A stretch of DNA of 56,264 bases, the filler included, from Jimgerdemannia flammicorona (taxonomy: Eukaryota): the NCBI GenBank assembly GCA_003990765.1. It is 3 parts of 3 records of this genome, joined end to end, with 100 filler letters (N's around TTAATTAATTAA, not from the genome) between each part and the next. Parts side by side here need not be neighbours in the genome. Positions count along the whole stretch, not along the records: positions 18,792 to 37,480 come from RBNJ01002135.1; 2 more parts are not named here. The stretch is one strand, 5' to 3'. The position numbers and the translations under genes are program-made. Positions 21,464-34,779 of this stretch are shown in pieces (positions within the stretch are counted from its first letter, which is position 1; each line of letters starts with the position of its first letter). The notes under the pieces are model-generated. The model saw nothing but the letters and a program-made list of their open reading frames with translations. It searched no databases and was not told where the DNA came from.

Positions 21464-24400
21464 CTCATGATCATTGATCCTAATTGGGGGTGGTGGTGGA
21501 ACTGTACACTCGGGGAATGGGTTCTCATAGTAGTCCACCAATTGGCTGATATGGAATACTGAGTGTACTTGGATATTGTGGGGAAGTTGCAACTTGTAGT
21601 TAACTTCAATGAATTTTTCCATAATCTTGTATGGTCCAATTCTTCTAGCATGGAGTTTCTTGGCTGGTTGTTATACCAGGGTGTCTGGGTGGAGGTAGTC
21701 TGTTCTAAGTATGACCATGTCACCAATATTGTAAGAGGCTTCTCTTCGCTTCAAGTTTGTGAACTTGGTCTAGTAGTCTTGTGCTTCTATGAGAGCATCT
21801 CTTGTCATTTACGTAAGGTCAGAAATGGTCTTGGTCAGATCTTGGGCTGCTGGGACTGCTGATTTCGCAGTAGTACTTGGGGTCCTTGGGTGTTGACCAT
21901 GGTTCAGAAAGAATGGCATCTTCTTTGTGGAGGTTTGCTGACTGTTATAGGCAAACTCAGCATGGGCTAGGCACTTGTCCCAATCATTTTGCTTGTAACA
22001 GCAGAAGATGCTAAGCATCCGTTTGAGAGTCCTGTTGGTTCACTCAGTTTGACCATCAGTCTGAGGGTGGTAGGCAGTAGAGAACTTCAGCTTGGTTCCA
22101 TGGAGGGAGAAAAATGCCTTCCAGAAGTTGATTGTGAACTTGGCATCTTGGTCAGATACAATGGTGCTAGGCATGCCATGTAGCCTGAATACTTGATTGA
22201 GGAAAATCTTGGCAATCTCTAGTGCTGTAGTGGTGGTCTTGGTGGGTACAAAATGGGCTTGTTTACTTAGGCAGTCCATGAATACCACAATGGCATCCCA
22301 TTCTGCCTTGGTCTTGGGGAGTTGGACAATGAAGTCCATTGCAATCTGGTCCCAATTGTGACTTGGGATAGGCAAGGGTTGCAGGAGTCCTGCTGGTAGC
22401 TTGTTACCACTTTTGAACCTTTGGCATATCTCACATGAGATCACAAAGTCTTTGATATCCTTGGTCATCTTTGGCCAGTAGAACTCTCTTGAGAGGAGGT
22501 TGTAGGTCTTTTTGAAGCCAAAGTGTCCTGCTGCAGGAGTATCATAGAGTTCCTGCATGATCTTGAGTCGCAGAGTATCATTGTTGAGTACAACCACTCT
22601 GTCATGGTCCCTATAAATAAGTCCATCACAGTAGGTGAATCTCTTGGCCATTTGCCTCATGGATTCTGGAACCTCAGCCTCTGGGTCTTGGCAGAATTGA
22701 AGGAAATTCATCAGGGGGCTGTCTTGCTGGTAGCCCTCCTTGATCATTTGGATAAGGTCTCCAATTACTTTGACCATGAAGACAAGTTCATCTTCCATAT
22801 ATCTGGAGAAACCATCAGCCACATGGTTGGTTTTGTCTGGGATATACTTGATTTTCATATCAAAGTTGGCAATGATTTCCATCCAGCGGGCTTGTCTGTG
22901 GGTCAGTATAGACTGTATGTGAATATACCACAGTGCATGGTGATCAGTGTAGGCCACAAATAGCTGTCCTAGGAGGAAATGACACTATTCCTGGAGTGCA
23001 GTGACAATAGCCAGGAGTTCCTTCTCATGGGTGGTATACTGGGTCTTAGCTGGCTTGAGCTTTTGGGAAAGGTAGGCCACTGGGTGGTCTTCTTGACTGA
23101 GTACTGCTCCAATAGCAATGTCAGAGACATCTGTGGTCAGAGTGAATGGTCTGGTAGGGTCAGGTGCAATTAGCACTGGGGCCTCAGTAAGGAGTCTCTT
23201 GAGATAGTCTATAGCCAGGGTGCATTCAGGGGTCAATTCAGCTTTGATGTTTACTCCTTTGTGTGCCAGACTGGTTAATGGAGCTGCAATAGCAGAGTAT
23301 CCTTGGATAAACCTTCAGTAATAACTAGCAATACCCAGAAAGCACTGGAGTAGCTTGAGGGTAGTAGGGATAGGGATATCCTTAAGAGCTGATACCTTTT
23401 GGGGGTCCACATTGATACCTTCAGCAGAGATGATATGTCTTAGGTATTCAATCTAGTCTTGGTAGAACTTGCATTTGCTCATCTTGGCATAGAGCTGGTG
23501 TTCTTGCAGGAGGGTCAGTACCTGTCTGAGATGGGTGTAGTGTAGCTCTACTGTCTTGCTGTAGATTAGTATATCATCAATATACACAAGGACACAGATG
23601 TTGAGGAGTGGTCCAAAGATGTCATTCATCAGATACTGGAATGTTGCTGGTGTATTAGTCAATCCAAAAGGCATGACTCGGAACTGGTAGTGTCCAAACT
23701 ATATTTGGAAAGCTGTCTTCTCAATGTCCTTCTCATCAATGAGAATCTGGTGGTAGCCATTTCGCAAATCCAGTAGAGAAAAGGTCTTGGCCTTGAAGAT
23801 TTGGTGTAGCAACTCATCAATCCTGGGCAAGGCATACCAGTTCTTGATAGTGATCTTGTTGAGGGCTCTGTAGTCAATACACATTCACAGAGAGCCATCC
23901 TTCTTCTTGACAAATAGAATGGGGGCTCCAAATGGAGAGTGGCTGGGTTCAATGTATCCTTGGGCTAGTAGTTTGGTCAATTCATCCTTGAGGGTCTTGA
24001 GCTCAGGTTGAGCCAGTTGGTAGATACTCTTGTATGGGAGTTCAGATTCTGGAATATGATCAATTCCATGTTGGATTTGGTGCTTGAGTGGAAGTCCTTG
24101 AGGATCTTGGAATACATCTTGGAATTCTTCAAACAGTTCTTGAGCTTCTGTTGGAATTGGGCTGCTTGTAGCTTCAGTGACTTCTTGTACTGTACAGATG
24201 AAGTAGGTGTTTCCCTTTTTTTGAGAGAGTCTCTTCATTTGAATGGTAGAGATGATTTCGATTCCTTGGTGGTTGGTACCTTCCTAGAGTGTCAGGGTGA
24301 TCTTTCTCCCTTTGTGGGTCAGGTTAACCTCATTGGTTCTCCAGTTGATGTCTGGGTTGTGCTGGGTCAACCAGGCTTTTCCTAAGATAATATCTTGTCC

Positions 24401-24973
24401 TGGGAGGTCTACAATGCTGAAATTCAACTTTTCTTGATATTTGCCAATCTTGAGCAAAAGGTCTTCACAGATCTTGGTCAATGGTGCAGTCTTTCCATCA
24501 CCAAAGATAACACTTCTTTTCTCAGTAGTTGGTCTGCTTCAGGCTCCAATTCTCTTGGCAGTCTTGGTGCTGATGTAGTTTTCAGTAGCACCACTATCAA
24601 GCAAGACATTGACATTTTGTCTGTAGACTTGGCCTGTGAACTTGATGCAACTGTCCTCCTTCTTGATGGTATTGAGCTCTTCATCCTCATTGTTGTCCCA
24701 ATTGCTGTCAGTCTCCTCGAAGTCAGTTTCTCCCCATCCTTCACAAGGAGGGTTGTCTTGTTTGGGTTCCTCAGCCTGTTGAGCTTGGTGTTTCTCAGAT
24801 TGAATTTTGAAAACTTTGGAGAGGCATGCATGGCATTCATCAACATATTCCATGCAGTACATTTGAATAGAATGAGGGCATCATCCACATGGTGTATAAC
24901 CATCTGCAATTCTCTTGTACCAGTTTTCATCATCTTCCTTCATGGTAGTGACCTTTTGACTGGGAGGTTTGTT

Positions 24974-25385
24974 GGTAGATCCAAACCCTTTCTTGCCATG
25001 GTCTGTCTGGGAGAGTTCGGGGACTTCTTCAATAGTGAGATCTTGATGGATTTCTTCAATAATTGCTTGGGTAATTCTTTGGCCTACTTTGACTTCAAAT
25101 GATGTGTCTCCAAAATTTTGCAAGATGACACAGATTTCGCCAGTAAATCCTTGATCAACTACTCCTCCTCCTAGCCCAATGTTGAACTCTTTGGCTAGGC
25201 TGCTTCGCTCAGTAAGGTGGATGTATGTACCTCTGGGAGCTTATATTGCAATTCCTGTTCGCACTGTAGCATTGGTACTTGGTGGGATGGTGAGGTCTTG
25301 GCTGCTATAGAGGTCATATCCAGCATCAGTTGGGTGGGCCTTAGTGAGGATGGTAGCCTTGTACCATATCTTCTGTACTTTGATG
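24974..25385 (-). pseudogene. dut: dUTPase domain within El2, between the gag zinc knuckle and the protease (one internal stop)
   Basis: Motifs AGYDL, ERSSLA, GVVDQGFTGEI, QRITQ and HGKKGFGST. Confidence 0.92.
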
Positions 25386-27283
25386 ACATTCTTGGGGTTC
25401 TTCTTTCCTGGGCCTTCTCTAATGACAGTAATATTCTGGTTACTGGGTTCACCTGTTCTATTCTTTTTCTCAGGGCATCTGAATGAGATGTGTCCTGCCT
25501 TCTTGCAGATGAAACACAATCCCTTTTCGCAGAGCTGCTTCTTTTCGTCCTCGGTGGGAGGTCTGGGTCCTCTGGGGTTTCGCTGGTTCCTTTGATCATA
25601 TCTTTGATCATTTCTCTGATCATTTCTCCTGGTAGGATTTCTCCTATCTTGGTTATCCTTCTTGTGTTCTTGATTTCGTGGGGCTTGTGCAGCAAGGATT
25701 TCACAGGCTCTTCTTTGTACTTGGGCAAAACACCATGAGTAGTGGGGACATCCTTGGGGAAGACCTTGTTCCATGATCTTCTGGGTGAGCCAGTCTGGTA
25801 GGGCTGCAAAGAGATGGTTGGCTCTGGTACCATTGATGGCCAAATTGTTCTCCTGATAGATAAGTCCAACAGTTTTGAGATAGGCATCCATTCTGGTGGC
25901 AAAGGTCTCTAGATCCTCTTCGCCATTCTTGTGGAACTTCATCTGGGATAGTTTGTTCAAAGTTTCTTATATGTTGGCTGCATTTCGGAATTTGGTCAGT
26001 AGCAAGGCCTTGAGTCCTGGGCCTGCTTCATGGTCATCCCAACCTGGTCTATTGTTGCCAGGTACTTGTCCATTGACTTGAGGGCAGGCTTTCCATGTTA
26101 CTGAGTGTTGTTCCAAGGTTCACCAGAATTCAGCTGCTGTTCCAGTGAAGAATGTGGCTACTGTTTCTACTTGTGCTGCTGATGTGGCAAACAGCTGTTG
26201 AAGGGTGCTGTTCTGGTTGTTGGTGAGTATTCCTATAGAGACTCGGTTGTCATTCTATTGGTTTACTCAGTAGCCTGTGTCGACTGCATTGATAAAGTTT
26301 TCAATGTCACTGTTTTTTCCACTGAATGTTGGAATTCGCAAGGTCTTGATTGGTTTGTTCTGTTCAGCAATCTGCCCTACTATCCCTGCTAGTACTGCTA
26401 GCTGGGTGGTCAGTGCTGTAATGTTGGCATCTACCATTATGTTGACTATTGGTGGTGGGCCTGTTGGGGTAGATTCTCCTGAAGATTGTTCTGCTTGGTA
26501 GGGTTGTGGTGCTGTATGACTTGGAGTTACTTGATTCCTGGATATTAAGTCAAAGAGTCCTGTGAGAGAGGGTAAACCAAACCTCTGTATAGGTGGCTGA
26601 GTTGGTTCTGGGGTCTGATCTTCTTGACCTGTAGTTCCTTGGTGACTATCATCAGACTAGTAATCTGTAGAGTCTTCGTCTGACTCCCTTCCATGATGAG
26701 ATAGTGCATCCTCATACTGACTAGGTCCTTCAAAGAGGATATCAGTCTCTGGCTGGGTTGATAGGCCTGCTCCTTGTTCAGCAGTAGGGGATGGGTGGCC
26801 TGCTTGCTCGTTCTCATACCTAGTTATGGCAGAGGTGTAGTATACAACTAACCTGTAGTAGAGGGAGGTCTTGGTTGGGGTATGATGATATCTGTCAGAG
26901 GCAATCCACTCAGCAGCTGCTTCTCTTGCAGCAGGGGGTGTGATATAATCTAAAAAATCCTGGGTGGCTGCAGTAGTAGATTCTGAGGTCCTAGTGATTC
27001 CAATGTGTCCTCAGAGGAGTTCATAGAACCTATGGCAGCTAACAATATTCCTAAGTCCTGGGTGGTATGTCCTAAAGACCTGATATAAATCTCTATAAGC
27101 CTGGTCAATTACAAGCTGGCGGATGTCTGTGTCTGTAGTTTCCTGGTACCACCTGGTCCTAATGGCAAGGGCTTCTCTGACTCTGGTTTGAGGATCCACA
27201 GTTGGTTCTGGAGGTTACTCCTGTCCAAGGTTGGTCTTGTTCCAACTTCAGGAGTATGTTCTTTGGTGCCTGCTTGATTAGTA

Positions 27284-27297
27284 ATCCACTGCTACCA
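27284..27297 (-). promoter_or_regulatory. El2 primer-binding site, initiator-Met-like
   Basis: TGGTAGCAGTGGAT, 3 nt inside the 5' LTR; resembles the complement of eukaryotic tRNA-iMet 3' ends (TGGTAGC...). Confidence 0.7.
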
Positions 27298-27300
27298 AGT

Positions 27301-28111
27301 TGTAATAACTCTCACTTCTACCTCTCTCTTATCCTTTGGATAATTAGGGAAGTGGACTATTACTTAGGAACTTAGTACACAATGTGTACCAAGAAGCCTT
27401 CAGTTTGAGGAAGTGCTCACTTATAAGTAGTTGTAGTAGCAGTGCCTTATCTTTCAAAGGTCTTTTTCTGGTTTGCCTTCTGTTTCAAAGGTCTTTCTCT
27501 TGTGCCCTATTTCAAGAGTCTTGTTCCTTGCTGTGCACAGACTGAATTCACCTTGGAATTCAGGTTCAATGGGTTTACTTAAGTCTTTGGGGATTTATAT
27601 ATCAGTCTCAGTTCTGGCAGAAGGTAGCTAGGCTTCTGGAGTTTAGTCAGAAACACTAGAGTCACTTAGATATCATTACTAAGACTCAGGGGAATGTGTG
27701 TGTGTGGGGGGAACTTGATTCTTGTATCAAGGACTGAACTAAAACTGCTTTATTTCGGATGGAAACTGGGGGGTATTTATACAAGTTGGTCTCTGATTTC
27801 TGACTAAGTATGAGTGACTAATTTGGTAACTATAATGAGATTTGTGATTGTGACCTTTGTCAGGTAGTTTTTGGTAAAGAATATCTTTATGATCAGGACC
27901 TCAATTACTAGACAATGATCAGCAGCTGTGGCAACTGTTGCTGTGGCACCAATTATTGGAGATAAGCTGGATATCATTTTCTGCATTGTTTTGTATCATT
28001 CGTTCGTTATTCATATGCCATGCTCGATCATATGATGATGTCATTGTCAGTTACGTGATCGTTCGTAATCGCTCATCATGTCCTATCTGTTCACTCATTC
28101 ATTCTATTACA
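27301..28111 (-). repeat. El2 5' LTR
   Basis: tgtaataactctcac...ctattaca. Confidence 0.95.
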
Positions 28112-29480
28112 AATAAGGAGCCATATATCAAAAAATTAATCCCCAGATACTAAACTGCCTCACCCACTAGGACAATTGTTCTGATCACATCTCTACCCAC
28201 CAATCCACCACTGAGCATCAGGGTCTCATACTTATATCTGTTGAGCTTAGTCTCTGAGTACTCTTCATACCAATCCACTGTCCCCTTTAAGGTAGCCACA
28301 TCCTCTATAGAGCTCAATCCAACTATTATATCATCTACAAATACTCCCACCTTCTAATTTACCCTGAGAACTATAAGCCCCTCTATGTCTAATTCTGTCC
28401 AGCAAGGGCTATAAAGATAGAGTATAGAGAATAGGTAATAATGAATCACTCTCTTCTCAGAGGAAATAATACTCCTCTATATTCATTAATCAGGATTACC
28501 ACCCAACTCACCTCTAACAGACTGATCAGAGACTGCTGAAAGCTCAAAGAAATATCAATATTCTTTAGAACTTTATCTAACCATACTCTTCACATCCTAT
28601 TATAGGTCTAGAAAAACCAATCTATCATCTACCCTAGCAGCCCTAGTCTTCTCAATAATGCTATAGACTTACACCATCTTGTTTCAAATCAGGCAACCTC
28701 TAATGAAGTCCCTTTGTTCCTCTCCCAGCATCCTTTGAGCCCTTCTCCTGCAACTAAGTAACAATGATCTTCATTACCAGCTTACAATCAATATCCAGAA
28801 GCATAATCAGTCTCCAGTTCTTCTACTTCTCTCTCCTCTCCTTATTCTTAAATAACAGAGCCACCAGACCCAAGTTCTGTCCTTCTATCCACCTTTCTGA
28901 TTCAATAATCTCATTATATATCTGCTTCATCTTCTTCAAAACTATCTTCACTTCAACCATCTGCTTCTAGAAATTCTATAGCAGGCCATCCTTCCCCAGT
29001 GATGTTCTAAGGCTAGTCTCTGCCAAGATCCTAAGAATCTTGCCCCCTACACTGGCCCCCCCAGTCCTTCCAGCTCCTCTGCTGGACTTGGGTACTAGTT
29101 CTCCAGATGCTGCTCAATGTCTAGTTCATCTGCCCCACCCTTCTTCTCACTCCACAGTATCTCCCCCCACTCACTCAGCTAATCCAAAATGTCCTGAGTT
29201 CTCACCACCAATATCTCTTCTCTATCCAGCATATAATCCCAACACTGCCTCACCCTTCTAACTCTAAGGAGTCTCAACAGAAACTTCATTGGCCTTTTGC
29301 TTTTCTCTAGACCCTGCCATCTTAGCCTGGCTACCATATCCTGTATCTGCTCACTCTCTTCTACTCTCAGTATACTCTGCAGTTTCTCTACCTTCATTTT
29401 AGTATACTGAACTCACTAGTCCTCTGCTTCTAAAACCTCTAACAGAACAGACTAGTCCACTCTTTCAGAAGTCTTTCTAA
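28112..29480 (-). mobile_element. Decayed, 5'-truncated LINE-D fragment (RT region)
   Basis: Reads GVFVDDIIVGLSS..WYEEYSETKLN and ARLRWQGLEKSKRP, homologous to LINE-A/B ORF2. Confidence 0.8.
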
Positions 29481-29889
29481 TCTATATAATGCCCATTATA
29501 TATATCTTTTTTTTACTAATTACTCTAGAGTCTTCTAAAAATCCTCAACCAGTACTAGTCTAATTACTAAGAGTACAGCTTGTGAATACTTCAGAAGTAC
29601 CAGCAGACCTACTATCAAGAGATCTGATCTAGCCAGACAATACAGAAGACTCTGTTCAAACTTTTGATAAACTTATAAAAGAACTTAAAGTTTCTCCCAT
29701 CTCACTCTTATCTAAACCAGCAGATCCTCTAAGTCCAGTACCTTCAAGAATACCAAGAGGAGTATCAGTATTCTAAAGACTAAGTATATGTCCTTCAAAC
29801 TCCTTAACTTACAGTAGTTCAACCAGACTTTATATATTTATAAAAAGTAAAATAGATTTAGAAACTAAAGAAGAACTAGAAGACAGTAA

Positions 29890-30500
29890 TGATGAAATGA
29901 CAGTATCAATACCTACATTTATAGGATATCTAGAAGAAGACCCAAAGAAATTCCTAGATACTCTTGAAGGAATTACAGCTCTGAAGAACCTTGCTCTCTG
30001 AAGACAAATTGTAGTCTTCAAGATTCAACTGAGGGAACTAGCCAAAGAAATCTTCAACAGAATCTTAAATGATTCAAACTCAGACCTAGGATAAGTCATA
30101 GCTGATGTAAACTACTTTGTAGACCAGTATAAAGCCATCTTCCACTGACTCATTGAGAAGTATACAGAAACATAAACTCACTACAAAGTCTAAGAATCTA
30201 TTATAGATATGAAGATGAATCTTAGAGAGTCTCTATAAGTATTCTTTACAAGAACTCAGAAGAGAATGTATGCTACTAGTTTCAGTACTACTAATCAAGA
30301 TATCATTGATTTAGTAATCTTTATAAATGGTATTCCTCCTAACATTGCTCAGTATATCTTTACCCTTGGTATTAAGAAGTCTGATGAATAATTAGATGTA
30401 GTTCAAGAATACTTTGATGTTAAGTAAGAAATTACTTGAAATAACAATAAGAGAGAAGACAAAGAAGACCTCTTGATCAAGACTCTCTAAGGAATTCTCC
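29890..30500 (+). pseudogene. Decayed retrotransposon gag-like sequence; its host element is interrupted by LINE-B and resumes at about 36887
   Basis: MTVSIPTFIGYLEEDPKKFLD..LRELAKEIF resembles the gag N-terminal PxFxG..EDPxxF pattern. Many stops. Confidence 0.5.
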
Positions 30501-31008
30501 AAGAAAATCTAAGAGAAAAAGAATCTACAAATGAATAGAAGAATAAGAATGAAATCTATGACCTCAGTTCTAAATTAGACCAATTGGTTGAGCAAATTGG
30601 AAAACTCACTACATGTAAAAATTGGAGCTATATATAAGAGAGAAGATGATAGAATTAAGATTCAAAAAGGCCAAGCCAAGAAATCCACAAAAAGGACTCT
30701 GAAGATCTATAATCTAAAAGATAATATCCTAGCTCTCATTAGATATATAATCTGCCAAGAATGGACAAAGGATGTCATCAACTTCATGAAAGCCCTAGAC
30801 TTTACTGAAAGAAGAGAAATTAGCTATCTCTGAGATCCCTCTATTGGAGCCAGATGGTTGTATTTTGACATTAGAGCTTGGAGACTTATAACTATAGAAG
30901 TCTCAGCTCAAGAACAGCCTGCTCTCAGCAAGGCTATTGCACAGTATGTCTTACTATACTCTGAAGCCTGATCCTCAAAAAAAAGTCTACAAGAAAGATA
31001 TAGTCTAT

Positions 31009-31052
<44 letters not shown>

Positions 31053-31099
31053 GTCACTTGGACTCATCCTTTATTACACCCATCTATCCCATAAAAGTA

Positions 31100-34000
31100 C
31101 AGTGAACCCACCCCCTATCCAATCCCCCTAGGGGGGCCCCTCTCTTCTACCCCTTCTTGATGAAACACCACTCTATTGAATACAATCCCCACACTCCCAC
31201 CACTGTGTTCGCATATCCTCACCACCAACCCTCACCATCACCCCCCTGAAGGGCCCCAACCTAGCCACCATCCCATCATCAGATCCCCTAACAGCTCCTC
31301 CCACCTTAGAACCTTCTTCTGCAGACCCATCCACCACCCCTCCTCAAATACAAATAGCCAATGTCCTGCCAAACCCACCCAAACTGCTAACACCCACCCC
31401 CCCCACTAGCCAAGATCTTAAGACCTCTCAGTGATCCCCTTCACCCACCAGCCTGCACTCCATGCCCAGTCTATTCCCTATTTCAACCCAAAAGTCCCCC
31501 AAAACCTCACACTCCCCCAGCCAATGTTCTGGCATCTGCACCAAACCCCCAGCTTGCCCTACAGTGTAACATTCCTCACAATCAAAATAGCCACCATCCA
31601 CCAGATGCCCGGTGTGGAAATTCAGCATGACATTCCTCCACAGCATTCGCCACCACACCACCTAGAACTTGGGGGGAAGCCACTGCCATACCTCAGCACT
31701 CCAAGACCAGATACCTGCCCTGTCCCACCCCTCGCCAATCCCAACTGCCTGCCATCTGCTTGGCCAAAGATCCTGGCCAAGACCCTGCTGATACTCCACT
31801 CCATCACCAATGTCAAAGGCAGCAAGTGGAGTACCCCCCAGTAGCAGTCTATCCCATCGCTACATACTAGGTCCCCACAATACCTCCCTCTCATTGCCTT
31901 GCCAGCACAGCCCAATTCTGTGTACTCCATCGACCACACCCCACCAAAAGCCCTTAAACCTCAGCCTCTGAATTCCATTGAGCCCTACCAAAGAGAGTAG
32001 ATCTCCTGATGACCCTCAGGGGGAGGTTCTTATCTCCCACACCTTCTGCAGCAGAGGCACCCAACCCCCTCCTCGCAGTTCAGCCACTCTCCTCAACCAC
32101 CAGGCTCACAAGCAGTGCAACCTCTTAGGGAAATCCACAAGGCCAAGACCTCCTCTGACCACCAGTGTCGCAAGAGTATCCCAACTGATCTGGGACCTCC
32201 TCCCTGCCCAAATCCAATCTCTAACCATCTTTGTCAACCTCTTCACCACCCAAGCTGGGAAGTCTAGGTAGTAGGCCACATACCACAGCTTGGGGAACCA
32301 ATATGTATTCAGAATTGATACCCGCTCTGCTAGAGAGATATGGCGGCCTCCCCAACCTCGAAGGGCCTCCCCCCAAACAGCCACTCTGCTCTCCCACTAC
32401 ACTCTTGGTAAGACAGAGCCATATACAGAGAGGAAGATGCCCAGATACCATACCACCTCACTAGTAGGGACAATTGTTCCAATGATGTCCCCACCCACCA
32501 GCCCATTCCCTAACACTATAGTCTCATACTTATGCCAGTTGAGCCTTGCCCCAGAGTGATCCTCATACCATTCTACCATCTCCTTAAGTGCCTCGACATC
32601 CGCCACAGACCTAAGGCCAACCACCATATCACCTGCAAAGGCTCCCACCTTCCATACTATGCTGTAGATAGAGAGTCCTACCACCTTCTGATAAATCCTA
32701 TCCATCAATGGTTCCAGTGAGAGGGCATAAAGAATAGGGGACAGGGGGTCCCCCTGAGGAACCCCTCTTCTCAAGATAAATGCCAGACCATGGTGACCAT
32801 TATACATCAGTGCTGCCTGACTGCCCTCTAACAGATTCAACATAGAAGTCTGAAATCCTGGAGGAACACCAATACAATCCAACACCTTGCCCAGCCAAAC
32901 CCACTGGACCCAGTCATAGGCCTTCTCCTGGTCCAAGAAGACCAACCTTCCATCCAGACCACAAGCCCGGACCCCTTCAATGATACCATGCACCCATGCA
33001 GTCCCATCTCTTATAAGTCTGCCTCTAACAAAGCCCTGCTGCTCCTCCCCCAGCACCTGTTGGGCAACCTTCTGTAGCCTTGCAACAACCACCTTAGTCA
33101 CCATCTTCCTGTCCATGTCCAAAAGCATGATCGGCTGCCAGTTCTTCCAGTCTTCTCTCCTCCCCTTGCCTTTGTACAATAAAGCCACCAGCCCGAGGTC
33201 CTGCTCTCCAACCCACTCACCACTCTGAAGAACAAGATCACAGAGAGCAGTCATCTCACCTAATATGCCAGGGACCTTAACCATCTTCTTCCAGAAGTCC
33301 CATGGTAGTCCATCCTCCCCTGGTGCCATTCCATTTTTAGTTGCCACAAGGATGCTCTGGACCTCCTCAGCTCACACCAGCAAGGCCAAGTCATCCAGTC
33401 CAGCTACTTGCAGTGGCCTCCATTCCCCTAATGTCTCTTCAATAGCTGCCTCATCAGCACCCCCTTCTTCCTCACTCCACAAACCCTACTATCTCTCCTT
33501 CAAACCCCCTAAGATTTGTTGCATGCCATGTACCATGTCCCCATTGGCATCTAGGACTCCATCCCACTGATGTCTCACCCTCCACACTTGGAGCAGACAG
33601 GACAAATACCTAGAAGGCCACTCACCCTCCTCAAGCTCCTGCCACTATAGCCTAGCAGCCATACCTCACATATACACCTCCTCCTCTTCTCTCAAAATCT
33701 GTTGCAGTTCCATTATCTCCAGTTTAATATGTGCTAACCTCCAGTCCTCCACTCTAGCAGAAGTAAGCAAACCTGCCCAATCCATTTGCAATCTCCTCAG
33801 CCTGTTGGAAGCACACCTTGTGTACTTCCTCCTCTGTCTCCCAGCCTCTCTCCCAGCCTCTCTCCAATAAACCCTCGCAGCCTCTTTCAATCTCATCCAA
33901 TGGACACCCACTGACAAACCCTCACACCTCCAGCAAGACACCTTCGCCTGAATGTCCTCTACCTATGAATCCCACAACCCCTTCTCAGCCAGCAGAGAGG

Positions 34001-34748
34001 AGTTAAGGTGCCAATGTCTGGGTCTATCTCTACTCCCCCCAAACTGCCCCTGTCCCAACAGTCCCCAGTGATCAGACCATGGGCACCATTCCACCTCCAA
34101 TACCTTCCAAACATCAGACCACCAGTATTCTGCCATCAGAATCCAGTCAATCCTTATACCTAAGCCATTCACCCAATATGTATAGACCCTGGAGTTGCCC
34201 CATCATGTTCTGCCCATATCCCCTAAGGAGCTCAGCCTCTCTACCTCCTCCCATGCATCCAGGCCTCCACTTCTCTCTCCTGTACCCCTTCCACTATCAG
34301 TTCTGTCCAGATGCTGATCCTGGACCATATTAAAGTCCCCCCCAAGCACATTAATCCCTTCTGCCAAGAGAAAACCCCCCTCCAGCAGCTCTCTAATCTA
34401 TGCAATCCTCTCACCCCTAACTGCAGGGCAGTAGCAAGAGTCAACCCTCACTGACTCCCACCCCAGCTGATGCCAATCTCCCCAGACCAAGCAATCACCC
34501 CAGCTCCCAATACCCCCCAAGTCTCCTCTACCCTTCCTCACCAGGATTGCCACTTTTCTAAACCAAGCAGTAGCCCCACCCCATTTCCTAGTCCACTCAA
34601 CCTGATTGTCCTCATCCTCACACCAAACATCCTGCAGTAAAAAGAGATCAGCCTCCAATCCCTTGAGCCAATTAAAAATGTTCTTATGCTGCCCAGATCT
34701 CCTTAGCCCATTCACATTCAAAGAGAAAATGTTGGTTGTACTTTTCAT
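31100..34748 (-). pseudogene. LINE-B ORF2 (APE-RT-zf), disrupted
   Basis: MKSTTNIFSLNVNGL, IRIDWIL, WSDH, LDQEKAYD, GVPQGDPLSP, FDCEEC...PEHWLGEC. The 3' end is approximate. Confidence 0.9.
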
Positions 34749-34779
34749 AAGAAATAATGTCATATACCAATCCCATCCT

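Larger units (their letters stand above)
21260..27199 (-). pseudogene. gag-pol: El2 single-frame gag-pol polyprotein (~1980 codons) with nonsense substitutions
   Basis: All main ORF fragments share one frame. Gag IPTFSG and knuckle [73 protein letters not shown]-x2-C, AMDFI, IVSDQD, HPQTDGQTE; then a chromodomain. Confidence 0.93.
18966..28111 (-). mobile_element. Ty3/gypsy chromovirus El2 (gag-dUTPase-X-PR-RT-RH-IN-chromodomain plus ORF3)
   Basis: LTRs of about 811 bp, 5-bp TSD AATAA (18961-18965 and 28112-28116), PBS and PPT. Nested in LINE-D. Confidence 0.96.
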
